Shown: in pieces, positions 10,643 to 21,047 of the stretch
Position numbering within the stretch: the first letter of the stretch is position 1
How the letters are laid out: each line of letters starts with the position of its first letter
NCBI GenBank assembly: GCA_963665275.2
Contig: CAXXIN010000007.1
Coordinates: 512,001 to 576,000 of the forward strand
Reading direction: 5' to 3'
From: Negativicutes bacterium
Lineage (GTDB): Bacteria > Bacillota > Negativicutes > UBA1444
Length of the DNA stretch: 64,000 nucleotides
Translations under genes and position numbers: made by a program
The notes under the pieces: generated by a model
The model's input: the letters and a program-made list of their open reading frames with translations, nothing else
Databases searched by the model: none
What the model was told of the DNA's origin: nothing

Positions 10643-11705
10643 CAGGATACTAGGGAGCCGCTGAACAATTGCTGATATTTGCCTCGCGTTCCCAATAATT
10701 CATCTTTTTTGTGAAGTTTTATAAGTTTCGTGCCCACATTTCCTGTTTCGTCCACCCTGCGACCCCAGTTGGGGCTTTGGGGGCAAACTAACCCCTTGCT
10801 GTTCTCAAATCGGCGCTGGCATTACTTTTTTCTCATCACCAACAGGTTGGACGAGGCAAACAACGTGTATAACCGTGATTCATTCTTCGCCAATCCCCTG
10901 TAACGCACTTTGCCGTATCCAAAAACATTCTTGATGGTTTGAAACGGGTGCTCCACGATGGCGCGAACTGAGGCTTTGGCATATTCCTCCGTCCACAGCA
11001 GTTCTTTCTCCAGTCCTTCGGCCATTTTCTTGAAGATCCCGCGCCGCTTGGCTACCAGCCAATGGATGTCTCGGTTCAGTTCTCGTCGATCCCGATATAC
11101 CCTGCGTCCGCCAAGACGAGGTCTTCCTTGCCGTGTAATAACTCGGCGGTTTTGGCAATATCGGCCACATGAGCCGGTGCCGTCACCAGGGTATGGACCA
11201 AACCGCTCGCCGCATCGACGTCGATATGCGCTTTCATGCCGAAGTGCCTATTCGTTGCCTTTCTTCGTCTGGTGCATTTGTGGATCTCGCTCATGGCGCT
11301 CATTCTTTGTTGATCACGATGCTTCAATGGATGGTGTCATCGGGCACAGATTCGTGAGACAAGTCTATCCGACTGAATTTTCGCAGGGACTGGGAGTCAT
11401 AGACTGCGTCTTCCATGCCTTCATCAGACAGGTTGTACCACGCTTGCAGCAAATACAGTCGTAACATCTTTTCACAGCCGATCGGCGGGCGACCACGTTC
11501 TCCTTTGGGATAGATGTTTTTAGATTAAATCAGTGTTTCCCTAGGCAGAAAATCGAGGCTTGGGGGTTAGAGTATAATGATTGGCGACCGTACAGCTCTT
11601 TAGGCAACCAAACACCCAGTAGTTTCAGTGCCAAAGTCATGTCCGAGGCAATGTTAGAAAACGGTTTTCTAACATTTTTCCGGCCCAGTTTTAGGGGAAC
11701 ACTCA
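10643..11705 (+). mobile_element. IS3-family 3' remnant (transposase tail + right end), interrupted by the IS5 element
   Basis: Removing the IS5 restores QDTRQKIEAWGLEYNDWRPYSSLGNQTP, a typical IS3 OrfB C-terminus; right end ...ggcccagttttaggggaacactCA at 11705. Confidence 0.65.
10654..11540 (-). mobile_element. IS5-family element, internally deleted, with pseudogenised transposase
   Basis: Ends GGAAACACTGATTTAAT / GGAGCCGCTGAACAATT, CTAG on both sides (10650-10653, 11541-11544); fragments GRPP, FGMKAHI.VDA.SGLVH, ADAGY, RAIVEHPF..K..FGY.KVRYRGL. Confidence 0.88.
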
Positions 11706-13933
11706 TTCAGGTTTTTCAATCCTAAAAACAGCTCCACAAGATGAGGGTCAAACTGAGTCCCGGCGCCGCGACGCAATTCGGCGAAAACCGAAGTAATATC
11801 CATGGCCTTACGGTACGGGTGATCGCTGGTCATGTCGTCGAAAGCATCGACAATGACTAGCATCCGGCAGGATAGGGGAATATCTTCACCGGCAAGGCCG
11901 AGTGGATAGCCGTTGCCGTCCCACCATTCATGGTGCCTCATGATCAAATCAGCGATCGGCAACAAATCTGGGGCAGACCTGGCTATGCGATAACCTATTT
12001 CACAATGTTGGCGCATTACACGGCACTCATCTTCAGTAAGATTTTCATGCTTAAACAGAATATTATCTGGTATCCCCACTTTGCCAATGTCATGAAACCT
12101 TGCTAGCAGACGATATTCTGCTCTATTGTGTGTCGGCAACTCCATTGCGGAGGCCAGTGCCTCCATCAGTGATTGCAATCTGGTGCAGTGACCTTCGGTA
12201 AAATTGTCCCTGGCATCCAAAGCCTTCATCATCGTTTGCACAATAGCGCTGCGAGCACTCTTACGCTGGTGAAGCTTTTCCCGATACATGTTATTGTCTG
12301 CTTCTTCATACAAGGCGTTTATATCTACGGGAATATCTTTGTTCACCGCATAGCCCATAGAAAGGCTGATAGGGACAATGGGGTTATTAAGATTGTATAT
12401 GTCGACATTTTTTTGAATTTTCTGGTACTCATGTTCAAAAAATTCAAGTGAAATATTCTTTATCAACACAGCAAACTCGTCCCCACCAATACGCGCAACA
12501 ACATCGTTTTCCCGGAAAGAACTTTTGAGAATAGTAGCTACTGCCTGAATAACGACATCTCCCGTATTGTGACCTAAAGAATCGTTGATAATTTTCAGTC
12601 CATCGACATCGCAAATCATTAGACCGGCTGACCCTTTACGCATACTGGCGACCTGTTTCATGGATTCCTCGAAAAAAGCCCGGTTATACAGTCCTGTCAA
12701 TGCGTCATGCATACTGAGCTGGATGAGCTGGCTTTGCGTATGCTGCAACTCCTGTAAAGTTGTCTGCAATTCATCATTTCTTTCGAGACCTTTCTTTTCC
12801 AGTTCTTTCTGAACAAGAATGTCCTTGCGAGCGTCAATAAAACTATTAAACAGCGCCCCGAGTTGTCCAATCTCGTCCTTGCTCCGTATCTCCAGCTTCT
12901 TCTCGTCGCAAATTACGCCGTGTTGCATCGCGGCAAAAGTATCGGAAATTTGTTTGATCGGATAGACTATTCTGTTATAAACAAAGACGGCAAATGCTCC
13001 GGCAATGATCAGGCAAAAGACCAACCAAACAATCAAGGCCATCATCACATAACTGATTTTCTGATAAATCACCCGCAGCGGCGTTAAGTTGGCAATAGTC
13101 CAGCCAGTGTCAGGCAATTTTTCATAGTTGACTGAATGCTCTTCCTCATTTATGGTCTGGATAAAGTTTCCCTGCTGTTCGGTAATACTATCGGAAAACC
13201 TGGTTGATATCCGTTTTCCGATATATGCGCTATCAGGATGATAAATAATATTGTTGTTCTGATCAACGATAAGATAGTATCCAGACTCCCGCAAGTTTTT
13301 AAAATAAACGCCCAAGTCGTAAAGATCATAACTGACGATCATAACCCATCGAGTCCTAGCGGACCCATCCTGTTCACCTGGATAAAGACATTTCACCGCA
13401 TTTATCACGTATTGATGTTTGGAATTAAGGTTAATATTTCTTTCAACGCCACTCCAGTAAACATCGGACATAGAGCGGGACGCTGCTCTGAGTTTTTCAT
13501 TGAGCGCTATATTGATTTTACTGGCGTCGAGGGTTTCTCCCACGTGATAATGTATATTATCATTGGAGATTATGTCGATCGACACCAGACCGATCAGGTT
13601 GATATAACCGCTGAGAATATATCCGATCTTGGCCTGAGTGACTAGCCTGTTATATGTTGAATCAGCGCTCTTTTCATGAAACAGGGCATCCTTGATGTCT
13701 TCATTTCCCGACAAACTGGCAATAAGATTGTCTACATCCCCCATCGTATGTTGGAGAAACAATCGTTTTTCCCGGACAATATCAGCATGATAAGTATCGG
13801 CATCACCCCTTAGCACGTGATATTCCATGGTCACGAAAAAAATGCCAAAGGACAACAACGGAACCATCCCGATAATCAGCGCATACAGGAGAAATTTGCC
13901 TGTTATTCCGTGGGCCAAATACCTACGCAACAT
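11669..13933 (-). CDS. dCache-HAMP-GGDEF-HD-GYP membrane c-di-GMP enzyme
   Basis: Two TM helices around a Cache-like domain, HAMP (DEIGQL), DALTGLYNR, RIGGDEF, HDIGKVG, HHEWWDGNGYP. Confidence 0.92.
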   Translation of the reverse strand: MLRRYLAHGITGKFLLYALIIGMVPLLSFGIFFVTMEYHVLRGDADTYHADIVREKRLFLQHTMGDVDNLIASLSGNEDIKDALFHEKSADSTYNRLVTQAKIGYILSGYINLIGLVSIDIISNDNIHYHVGETLDASKINIALNEKLRAASRSMSDVYWSGVERNINLNSKHQYVINAVKCLYPGEQDGSARTRWVMIVSYDLYDLGVYFKNLRESGYYLIVDQNNNIIYHPDSAYIGKRISTRFSDSITEQQGNFIQTINEEEHSVNYEKLPDTGWTIANLTPLRVIYQKISYVMMALIVWLVFCLIIAGAFAVFVYNRIVYPIKQISDTFAAMQHGVICDEKKLEIRSKDEIGQLGALFNSFIDARKDILVQKELEKKGLERNDELQTTLQELQHTQSQLIQLSMHDALTGLYNRAFFEESMKQVASMRKGSAGLMICDVDGLKIINDSLGHNTGDVVIQAVATILKSSFRENDVVARIGGDEFAVLIKNISLEFFEHEYQKIQKNVDIYNLNNPIVPISLSMGYAVNKDIPVDINALYEEADNNMYREKLHQRKSARSAIVQTMMKALDARDNFTEGHCTRLQSLMEALASAMELPTHNRAEYRLLARFHDIGKVGIPDNILFKHENLTEDECRVMRQHCEIGYRIARSAPDLLPIADLIMRHHEWWDGNGYPLGLAGEDIPLSCRMLVIVDAFDDMTSDHPYRKAMDITSVFAELRRGAGTQFDPHLVELFLGLKNLNECSPKTGPEKC

Positions 13934-13956
13934 AGTTCATCTCTCCTCGTCCGGCA

Positions 13957-14958
13957 TTAAATATCCTTTTTTGTCACCACTTTTACCGGAATATAGGTTT
14001 CCGCATCGACTTTGCCCCCATTTATTAGTTTCACGGCATATTGTACCCCGGTATATCCTTGTAAATCCGCCCGCTGGTCCACAGTGGCAGCTATCGTTCC
14101 TTCCTCAATGGCTGTCCTAACCTCGGCAAGATTGTCGAATCCAGCGACCAGAACATTGTGCCGGCTACTATCTTTTAAATATTGCACCAGCCCCAACGCC
14201 ATCATGTCATTGGCGCAAAATACAACCTTAATGTCCGGATGCTTTTTAAACATGATGGAAGCCACAGTATAGGCTTCGTCAATTTTCCAGTTGGCCGATC
14301 CGCTGTCCACCAACGTGATATTGGGATTTTCGGCAAATGCCTTAACCGCACCTCGCCTGCGTTGCTCGGCATTATCCGCCGCCCTGATGCCTTCGATAAT
14401 GGCCGCTTGTTCAGGCGTTGTTATCATATTGGCAATGTATTTCGCCGACAAGTAGGATCCTTCATCATTATGAACACTGATAAAGGGAACACCTTTCAAT
14501 CCCCGCTTTTTGCAAAGCTCAGGGTCGAGTCGATTGTCAATGTTCACGATGACAATATTTGCATCCTGTGCCTTTTTCAGCACATCCACCAGCTCAGTGG
14601 AACTGCCGGGAGCAATAACGATAGCACTCACCTTCATATTGATGAGCCCTTTAACAATTTCAATCTGCTGCTCGATAGAAGTTTCCTTGGCCCCGGTCTT
14701 GACAATAAGGTCAATGCCCAGCTCTTTCTCGGCTTTACGGGCGCCTTTCTCCATCTCGATAAAAAAAGGATTGGTTAACGTCTTCATGACCAGGGCAATT
14801 TTGGGTTTCTGCGATTGTCCGGTGGGCTGTTGGTCAACGGCAACACCTTTCTGGGTAAGATCATCCGTAGTCTTGATGCCACCGCAGCCTAATAAAAACA
14901 GGCTGATTAAAAAAATCATACTTACTAATTTCTTCATGTCCCCATCTCTCCTCAACAA
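13957..14958 (-). CDS. Sugar-binding lipoprotein (RbsB/AlsB periplasmic-binding family)
   Basis: Lipobox LLGC; KTLTNPFF, ANW, CANDMMALG, GFD, TVDQ motifs. Confidence 0.9.
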   Translation of the reverse strand: MLRRDGDMKKLVSMIFLISLFLLGCGGIKTTDDLTQKGVAVDQQPTGQSQKPKIALVMKTLTNPFFIEMEKGARKAEKELGIDLIVKTGAKETSIEQQIEIVKGLINMKVSAIVIAPGSSTELVDVLKKAQDANIVIVNIDNRLDPELCKKRGLKGVPFISVHNDEGSYLSAKYIANMITTPEQAAIIEGIRAADNAEQRRRGAVKAFAENPNITLVDSGSANWKIDEAYTVASIMFKKHPDIKVVFCANDMMALGLVQYLKDSSRHNVLVAGFDNLAEVRTAIEEGTIAATVDQRADLQGYTGVQYAVKLINGGKVDAETYIPVKVVTKKDI

Positions 14959-15058
14959 TAAAATTATGCCTCAGTGACCGTTGTTTAATCCCCTGTGCTG
15001 TGCACCTGCTTTGCAATAAACCGAATTTTCCGAACCACAAAGAGGACCTTAGCCCTAG

Positions 15059-15497
15059 GGAAAGACCGGGAAGGCTTGGATGAATCACCCACCTTCGTTC
15101 AGTGAACTGGAATACAACGGAAAGAAACGTCAGACGCGCCGGGATCAGTTTTTGAACCAATGGAGCAGCAGGTTCCTTGGAAAGAATGGCTCGCTTTGAT
15201 CGAACCAACCTATCCTAAAGCTGAACGAGGCCGTCCTCCCATCGGCTGTGATAAAATGCTGCGTCTGTACCTGCTTCAAGCTTGGTACAATTTATCGGAT
15301 GAGGGCATGGAAGATGCCATCTATGACTCTTAGACCCTGTGCAAGTTCAGTCAGATCGACCTGACGTGCGAATCCGTACCGGATGACACCATCCATTGAA
15401 GCATCGTGATCAACAAAGAATGAGCGCCATGAGCGAGATCCACAAATGCACCAGAGCAAGAAAGGCAACGAATGTCATTTTGGCATGAAAGCGCATA
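15059..15497 (+). mobile_element. IS5-family 5' remnant (second, diverged copy)
   Basis: CTAG then GGAAAGAC; YPKAERGRPPIG..MLRLYLLQAWYNLSDEGMEDAIYD with stops; ends at FGMKAH. Confidence 0.85.
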
Positions 15498-15611
15498 CAT
15501 TATCTCTTGCAAGTGTTAGTTATCTAAGCCCGCGCGTCTATTTCGGGACTGCGAAAGTTGAGTTATTAAAAAACCTCACCCTGTGGAGGGCGAGGGATGA
15601 TTCTGATTGCT

Positions 15612-17585
15612 TTACACTCTGAACTTGGCAACTGCGGTCTGCAACTCCTGTGCCAGCGTCGCCAGGGCCCGACTGGAAGTCGCGATCTCTTCTATCGACG
15701 CCAATTGTTCTTCCGTCGCCGCCGATACGCTCTGCGATTCCCCTGCTGATTTCTTACTTAAGCCGTCGATCTTATGTACCGACTCCACAATCTTCTCGCT
15801 GCCGGTCGCCATCTCGTGGATCGCCTCCGTAATCTGTTTCACCTGTTCGGAAACCTCCGTCACCAGATCGGCAATCTCACGGAAAGAAGCACCGGCGGCA
15901 TTGACAACGTCAGCGCCGATCTTCACTTCCCGTGTCCCTTGGTTCATCGCGTCAACCGCTTTCCCCGTGTCTACTTGGATCTCACCGATCAAGGAGGCAA
16001 TTTTCTTCGCCGCTTCTTCGGATTGTTCGGCAAGCTTCCTTACTTCTTCGGCCACTACGGCGAAGCCGCGCCCTTGTTCTCCCGCCCGCGCCGCTTCGAT
16101 CGCCGCATTCAGCGCCAGGAGATTCGTCTGGCCGGCAATCCCGGAAATGGTGTCAACAATCTGGCCGATTTCTTTCGACCGCTCGCCCAGTTTTGTCACC
16201 ACTGTCGCCGAAGTATTGACGGTTTCTTCAATCTGACTCATCTGAACAACCGCTTTGTCTACCGCTGCGCCGCCTTTTACGGCTTTGTCCGCCGCCGCTT
16301 CCGTCTGGCTGGCAACCGAGGATGCGTTGGCGGCAATCTGCTCAATCCCCGCCGACATTTCGGTGACAACTGCGGACGCGTCGTCAGCCGCAGTCATTTG
16401 TTCAGCCGCACCGCTGGCTACTTCCTGAATCGAGATTGCCACTTGGTTCGTCGCCTGCGACGACTGATCGGCACTCGCCGTAAGTTCTTCGGAAGAAGCC
16501 GCCAAGTGTTCGGCGTTGGCACTGATCTGATTAATCAAGGAACGTACATTCTGCGTCATTTGCTCAAAACTCTTGGCCAACCGACCTATTTCGTCGTTTG
16601 ACTTGATTTCCAGGCTTGTCAAAGAAAGATCTCCGTCGGCAATTTTATTCGCCGCCAGTTCTAGGGTTTGAATCGGCTTGGCAATACCCTTGGCAAACAG
16701 TGCAATAATGATTGCGGCAACTAGTAATACGACAACAATTGTGACCAGGGAAATCCATTTTAGCGCAGAGATGCTTTCCGTTATTTCTTCCGTGGGAACA
16801 TTGATCCCCAAAAACCATTTCATGCCAGGAACTGGTGCATAGGCCACTAATTTCTCCACATTTTCGAATGAATAAGAAGAAACACCTTTATCCCCTTTGA
16901 TGATTTGTGCATTCACTGCCCGCAGCACTTCCGGCAATTTGGTATCCTTCACCGCATTGACTTTCATCATAATGTCTTTATTGGGGTGGATGATGGATAA
17001 ACCATCTGCCTGAAGAACATATGCATAACCGGTTTTTCCCGCTTTGATTGCTAAAATCTTTTCGGCCAGTTTGTCCATGTTAACAGTGGCAAAAAGCACC
17101 CCAGTTACACGATTATTTTCTTTAACCGGTGCAGCGACTACCACAACTATTTTCCCAGTAGCACGAGAAGTCACCGGATCAGAAACTACCATTTCACCTT
17201 TCAATGCCTGTTGGATGTAGGCACGGTCTTTAAGACTACCGGTTATTCCGGCATCGTCAATAAATGTACCGTCAGGAAAGGCATAACCATAGGTTTCATA
17301 TCGTCCATGTTCCCGCTTCAGATAAGCTAAGAAAGGCACAATTTCTTCGGTTTTGATGCCGCGTAATGTCGGCGAAATCGCGATCCCCGCGATTTCCAGT
17401 TTGGAAGCTTGTATCCACTCACCAATTCCTACAGTAGAATCAGCCACCATGTTGTTCACATTCTGCATGATTTCTTCAGACACGATGACCCGCGCCTTCC
17501 AGTAATTGAGCCCCCCCAAGATTCCCATGGCCACTACAAAAATCAACAGGATAACCACCGTGAGCTTTGTTTGGATGCTTTTCAA
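15612..17585 (-). CDS. Methyl-accepting chemotaxis protein (dCache-HAMP-MA)
   Basis: [38 protein letters not shown] signature; likely TTG start at 17585 after AGGGGG RBS. Confidence 0.95.
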   Translation of the reverse strand: MKSIQTKLTVVILLIFVVAMGILGGLNYWKARVIVSEEIMQNVNNMVADSTVGIGEWIQASKLEIAGIAISPTLRGIKTEEIVPFLAYLKREHGRYETYGYAFPDGTFIDDAGITGSLKDRAYIQQALKGEMVVSDPVTSRATGKIVVVVAAPVKENNRVTGVLFATVNMDKLAEKILAIKAGKTGYAYVLQADGLSIIHPNKDIMMKVNAVKDTKLPEVLRAVNAQIIKGDKGVSSYSFENVEKLVAYAPVPGMKWFLGINVPTEEITESISALKWISLVTIVVVLLVAAIIIALFAKGIAKPIQTLELAANKIADGDLSLTSLEIKSNDEIGRLAKSFEQMTQNVRSLINQISANAEHLAASSEELTASADQSSQATNQVAISIQEVASGAAEQMTAADDASAVVTEMSAGIEQIAANASSVASQTEAAADKAVKGGAAVDKAVVQMSQIEETVNTSATVVTKLGERSKEIGQIVDTISGIAGQTNLLALNAAIEAARAGEQGRGFAVVAEEVRKLAEQSEEAAKKIASLIGEIQVDTGKAVDAMNQGTREVKIGADVVNAAGASFREIADLVTEVSEQVKQITEAIHEMATGSEKIVESVHKIDGLSKKSAGESQSVSAATEEQLASIEEIATSSRALATLAQELQTAVAKFRV

Positions 17586-17790
17586 TATAACGCCCCCTAT
17601 TTTTTCCCTTAGACGGACTTGCGGATTTTTACCCGTATTTCCCTGATAAGGTTTGCCCATTGATCACGATTCATTCGTTGGCTTTATCTGCTTTTCTTGC
17701 AATTCTTCCTGGCGTTAAATGGATCAACAGGGAGGCTATCTCCCTTGTTTTTAGTTCGGTTATATTTGATGCACGCCAACCCGGAAGAGC

Positions 17791-20700
17791 TCATGCAGGA
17801 TTAAACCGTTTTGATTGCTCCATCGCGATAAACTTGCCTACCAGTTTGGGATCGAACTGAATGCCTGCATTTCTACGCAACTCATCAATAGCAGCCTCCT
17901 CACTCATTGCCTTTCGATACGGTCGATCGTTTGTCATAGCGTCATAAGCATCAATAATAGCCAAAATCCTGCACTCGATCGGAATATCCTCGCCTTTGAG
18001 TCCCACGGGATATCCCTGGCCATTCCACCATTCATGATGTTTTAATATCCAATCAGCTATAGGGGAAAGCTCCGAAGAAGCATGGGCAATGCGATACCCA
18101 ATTTCAACATGCCGTTGCATTTCCTTCTTTTCCACTGCAGTCAACTGATCTGGTTTTAAGAGAATGTTATCCGGAATGCCTACCTTACCAATATCGTGAA
18201 ACTGCGCCAATAAGCGGATATCAGCGATTCTCTTTTCCGCCAGTCCATGCTTCCTCGACAGCTTTATTGCTAAACCTTGCAGCCTATCAGCGTGCCCCTC
18301 GGTATTAAAATCCCGTACTTCCAGAAGTTTCATCGCTGTTTGCACCATATCGCTACGTACACTTTGCTTATGATGCATTTTTTCCCTATACATAGAGTCA
18401 TCAGCCTCTTTGAACAACGCTTCTGCCGAAACCAGGCGTAAACCGCTTACCGTATACCCCAAGGAAATACTGAGATCCACTCCGTTTGTTCCCCGATTGT
18501 GCTCGGAGATTTTCTCCCGAATTCTCTCACAAACCGATTCTACAAAATGCTCGTCGGCTTGCAGAAGAATAATAGCAAATTCATCTCCACCTATCCGGGC
18601 AACCACATCCTCTTCACGTACAGTGTGTTGAAGAATCTCGGCGGCTATCTTCAGTAATCGATCCCCTGCCGCATGTCCCAGAGTATCATTGAACAACTTC
18701 ATGCCATTTATATCACAGATAATCAACCCTATGGGATAATTTCTTTCAGCCCCGGTACGGGTTAGCTTTTCTTCAAAATAGCTTCGGTTATAGCATCCGG
18801 TAAGAGCATCATAACTGGCAACGTATTTAAGTTTTTCTTCCGCTTTCTTGCGCTCACTGATATCGCGTGTAATAAACAAGATGCTCTCTTTTCCATTTGC
18901 TTTGATACTCCGCGCCGAAATCAAACTATAGAGTATATCGCCATCTTTTCTCCGGATTTTTATTTCCAAATTGAAAATCTCGCCGTGACGTTTCACTTCC
19001 TTTATCATATGTTCCCAGTCTCGAGGATCGATCCATAGGCAAAGTGCTAATGACGATTCTTCGATCACTTCTGCTTTGGAATAGCCACTCATTTGGCTAA
19101 ACCCTTCGTTCACCTCAATATACGTGCCATCGTATCGTACAAGAGCGATTCCGTCTGGGCAGATCTGAAAAATTTCGGAAAATTTTTCTTCCGAACTTCG
19201 CAGGTCTTCTTCAATTTGTTTGCGCTCCTGTATCTCTGTTTTATAGTCAGCAACCAGTTGAGCATTACTCAAGGCAAGAGAGACCAAATCGGCAAACCGC
19301 TGGAGTAAATATATTTCGCGATCATCGAGAGTTCGTTCCAAATCGGAAAAAGCCATACTGAATGCGCCCATCATTCTCTCACCATTCTTTAATGGAACGG
19401 AAGCAACATAGTGTATTTCGTCAAAAGCATGATTAGAGAGACGGTGTTCCCATACACAATAATTGTCTACTGCAACAAATTCACCACTTTCATAGGTCTT
19501 GCCAATAATACCTTCCGTGATTTTTCCTTCCATTTCAATTTGAGCAAAGATTCCCGTACCAACTTTCCAGCCATATGTCTTATCTTGTTCGTCGAATAGC
19601 ACTATGCAACCGCTTGAGGCACCAAAAAGCGCTGCTGTGTCATACACAATTTTCTTCAACACCTCATCCGATTCAATGCTATTCATCAACCCCAGAGCCG
19701 TTTCATGCAATAATGTCAATATCACATTCTGGCGATAAATTTGTTCTTCGCGAACTATCAATTCATCTACTTGCTGCCGCAATTCTTCTTCTGAAGCGGC
19801 AAGTTCCTCATGAATCGCCAAAAGCTCTTTGTGTAACCGTCGGTATTTTTCCTCACTTGCACGAAGTCCGATTTCTCTGGTCATCACCTCCGCTACCATG
19901 TTGTTAAAGGCGCCCGCAAGTTGGCCAATTTCATCTTGCGTCGTTATTTCCAGTTTTATTGGTATATCCCCGGCCGCCACGCGGACGGTTGCCGCCGCTA
20001 TTTCTTCAATCGGCTTGACAAGTAACCCTGCAACAACAAAACCTAGCACCATTGCAAGAACAACGGCGAAAATCGTCATAAGCATACTGATGTTTCTTAC
20101 GCTGATCGCTTCAGCCAATGCTTCGGAAAGTGGCTGCTGTGCCACAACTCCCCAACCAGTAAGAGGTATGTAACTGTATCCAGCTAGTTTTTTCTGGCCA
20201 TTAAATTCATATTCCACGCAGCCAGTTTGCTTACTGAGGGCGGCTTTTACCGGGGTCAGAGAAGAAATATCACGATTGCTCCCAACGAGCTCACGGTTTG
20301 GATGAATGAGAACATTTCCGTTCTTATTGACGACATATGCATAGCCGCTACTGCCAATATTAGTTTGTTCAATAAAATCAATAAAATTCTGCAAGTCGAT
20401 GCCGATGATAAGTACGCTGTGAAGTGTCTGGTCATCATTTTTAATCGGCTCCGCAATCATGATGGCCAACTTTCCGGTAGTTTTGGATACGAGTGCGTCT
20501 GAATAAGCAGTTTCACCTGTTCTTCGCACTGTCTGGAAATATTCCCGGTCACTGTAGTTTCCCTCGCCTATCTTCCCATCAGAGCGCACCAGCAACTTGC
20601 CGTTGACATCCACCACAATAGCCATTAATAAATCAGAGTGGTTGGCGGTCAGTTCTTTAAGAGCCTCCACCTGCCTGGAAAAGTCCATGGATTTAACATC

Positions 20701-20961
20701 TGAATTCGCAGCGGCGATTTTCAGCATTCTTGTCTTTTCCACAAGCAATTGATTGAGATTACCGGAAATATCTGTTGCTAGTATGCTATTCCTCTCATAA
20801 GCAGATTTTTCCATTGACTGCTCCGTTATATGCAAGGTCACAGCAGTCATGACGAGCATGGGGATTATTGCCAGTGTGACAAAAGCAATGCTCATTTTTT
20901 TTCGCAGAGTTAGCTTTGCTCTCAGCGTGCCCAGCAACTTCCCAAAACCTTTTCTTGCCAT
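17791..20961 (-). CDS. dCache-HAMP-GAF-PAS-GGDEF-HD-GYP protein
   Basis: SDREYF Cache motif, HAMP, GAF-like and PAS segments, RIGGDEF, HDIGKVG, HHEWWNGQGYP. Confidence 0.92.
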   Translation of the reverse strand: MARKGFGKLLGTLRAKLTLRKKMSIAFVTLAIIPMLVMTAVTLHITEQSMEKSAYERNSILATDISGNLNQLLVEKTRMLKIAAANSDVKSMDFSRQVEALKELTANHSDLLMAIVVDVNGKLLVRSDGKIGEGNYSDREYFQTVRRTGETAYSDALVSKTTGKLAIMIAEPIKNDDQTLHSVLIIGIDLQNFIDFIEQTNIGSSGYAYVVNKNGNVLIHPNRELVGSNRDISSLTPVKAALSKQTGCVEYEFNGQKKLAGYSYIPLTGWGVVAQQPLSEALAEAISVRNISMLMTIFAVVLAMVLGFVVAGLLVKPIEEIAAATVRVAAGDIPIKLEITTQDEIGQLAGAFNNMVAEVMTREIGLRASEEKYRRLHKELLAIHEELAASEEELRQQVDELIVREEQIYRQNVILTLLHETALGLMNSIESDEVLKKIVYDTAALFGASSGCIVLFDEQDKTYGWKVGTGIFAQIEMEGKITEGIIGKTYESGEFVAVDNYCVWEHRLSNHAFDEIHYVASVPLKNGERMMGAFSMAFSDLERTLDDREIYLLQRFADLVSLALSNAQLVADYKTEIQERKQIEEDLRSSEEKFSEIFQICPDGIALVRYDGTYIEVNEGFSQMSGYSKAEVIEESSLALCLWIDPRDWEHMIKEVKRHGEIFNLEIKIRRKDGDILYSLISARSIKANGKESILFITRDISERKKAEEKLKYVASYDALTGCYNRSYFEEKLTRTGAERNYPIGLIICDINGMKLFNDTLGHAAGDRLLKIAAEILQHTVREEDVVARIGGDEFAIILLQADEHFVESVCERIREKISEHNRGTNGVDLSISLGYTVSGLRLVSAEALFKEADDSMYREKMHHKQSVRSDMVQTAMKLLEVRDFNTEGHADRLQGLAIKLSRKHGLAEKRIADIRLLAQFHDIGKVGIPDNILLKPDQLTAVEKKEMQRHVEIGYRIAHASSELSPIADWILKHHEWWNGQGYPVGLKGEDIPIECRILAIIDAYDAMTNDRPYRKAMSEEAAIDELRRNAGIQFDPKLVGKFIAMEQSKRFNPA

Positions 20962-21047
20962 CGACTAACTCCCTCATTTTCGCTTACGTTCCCCTATCAT
21001 TAGGCAGGGAGCAGATACAAGAGCAATTCTCAACCTATTGGCGAAAC

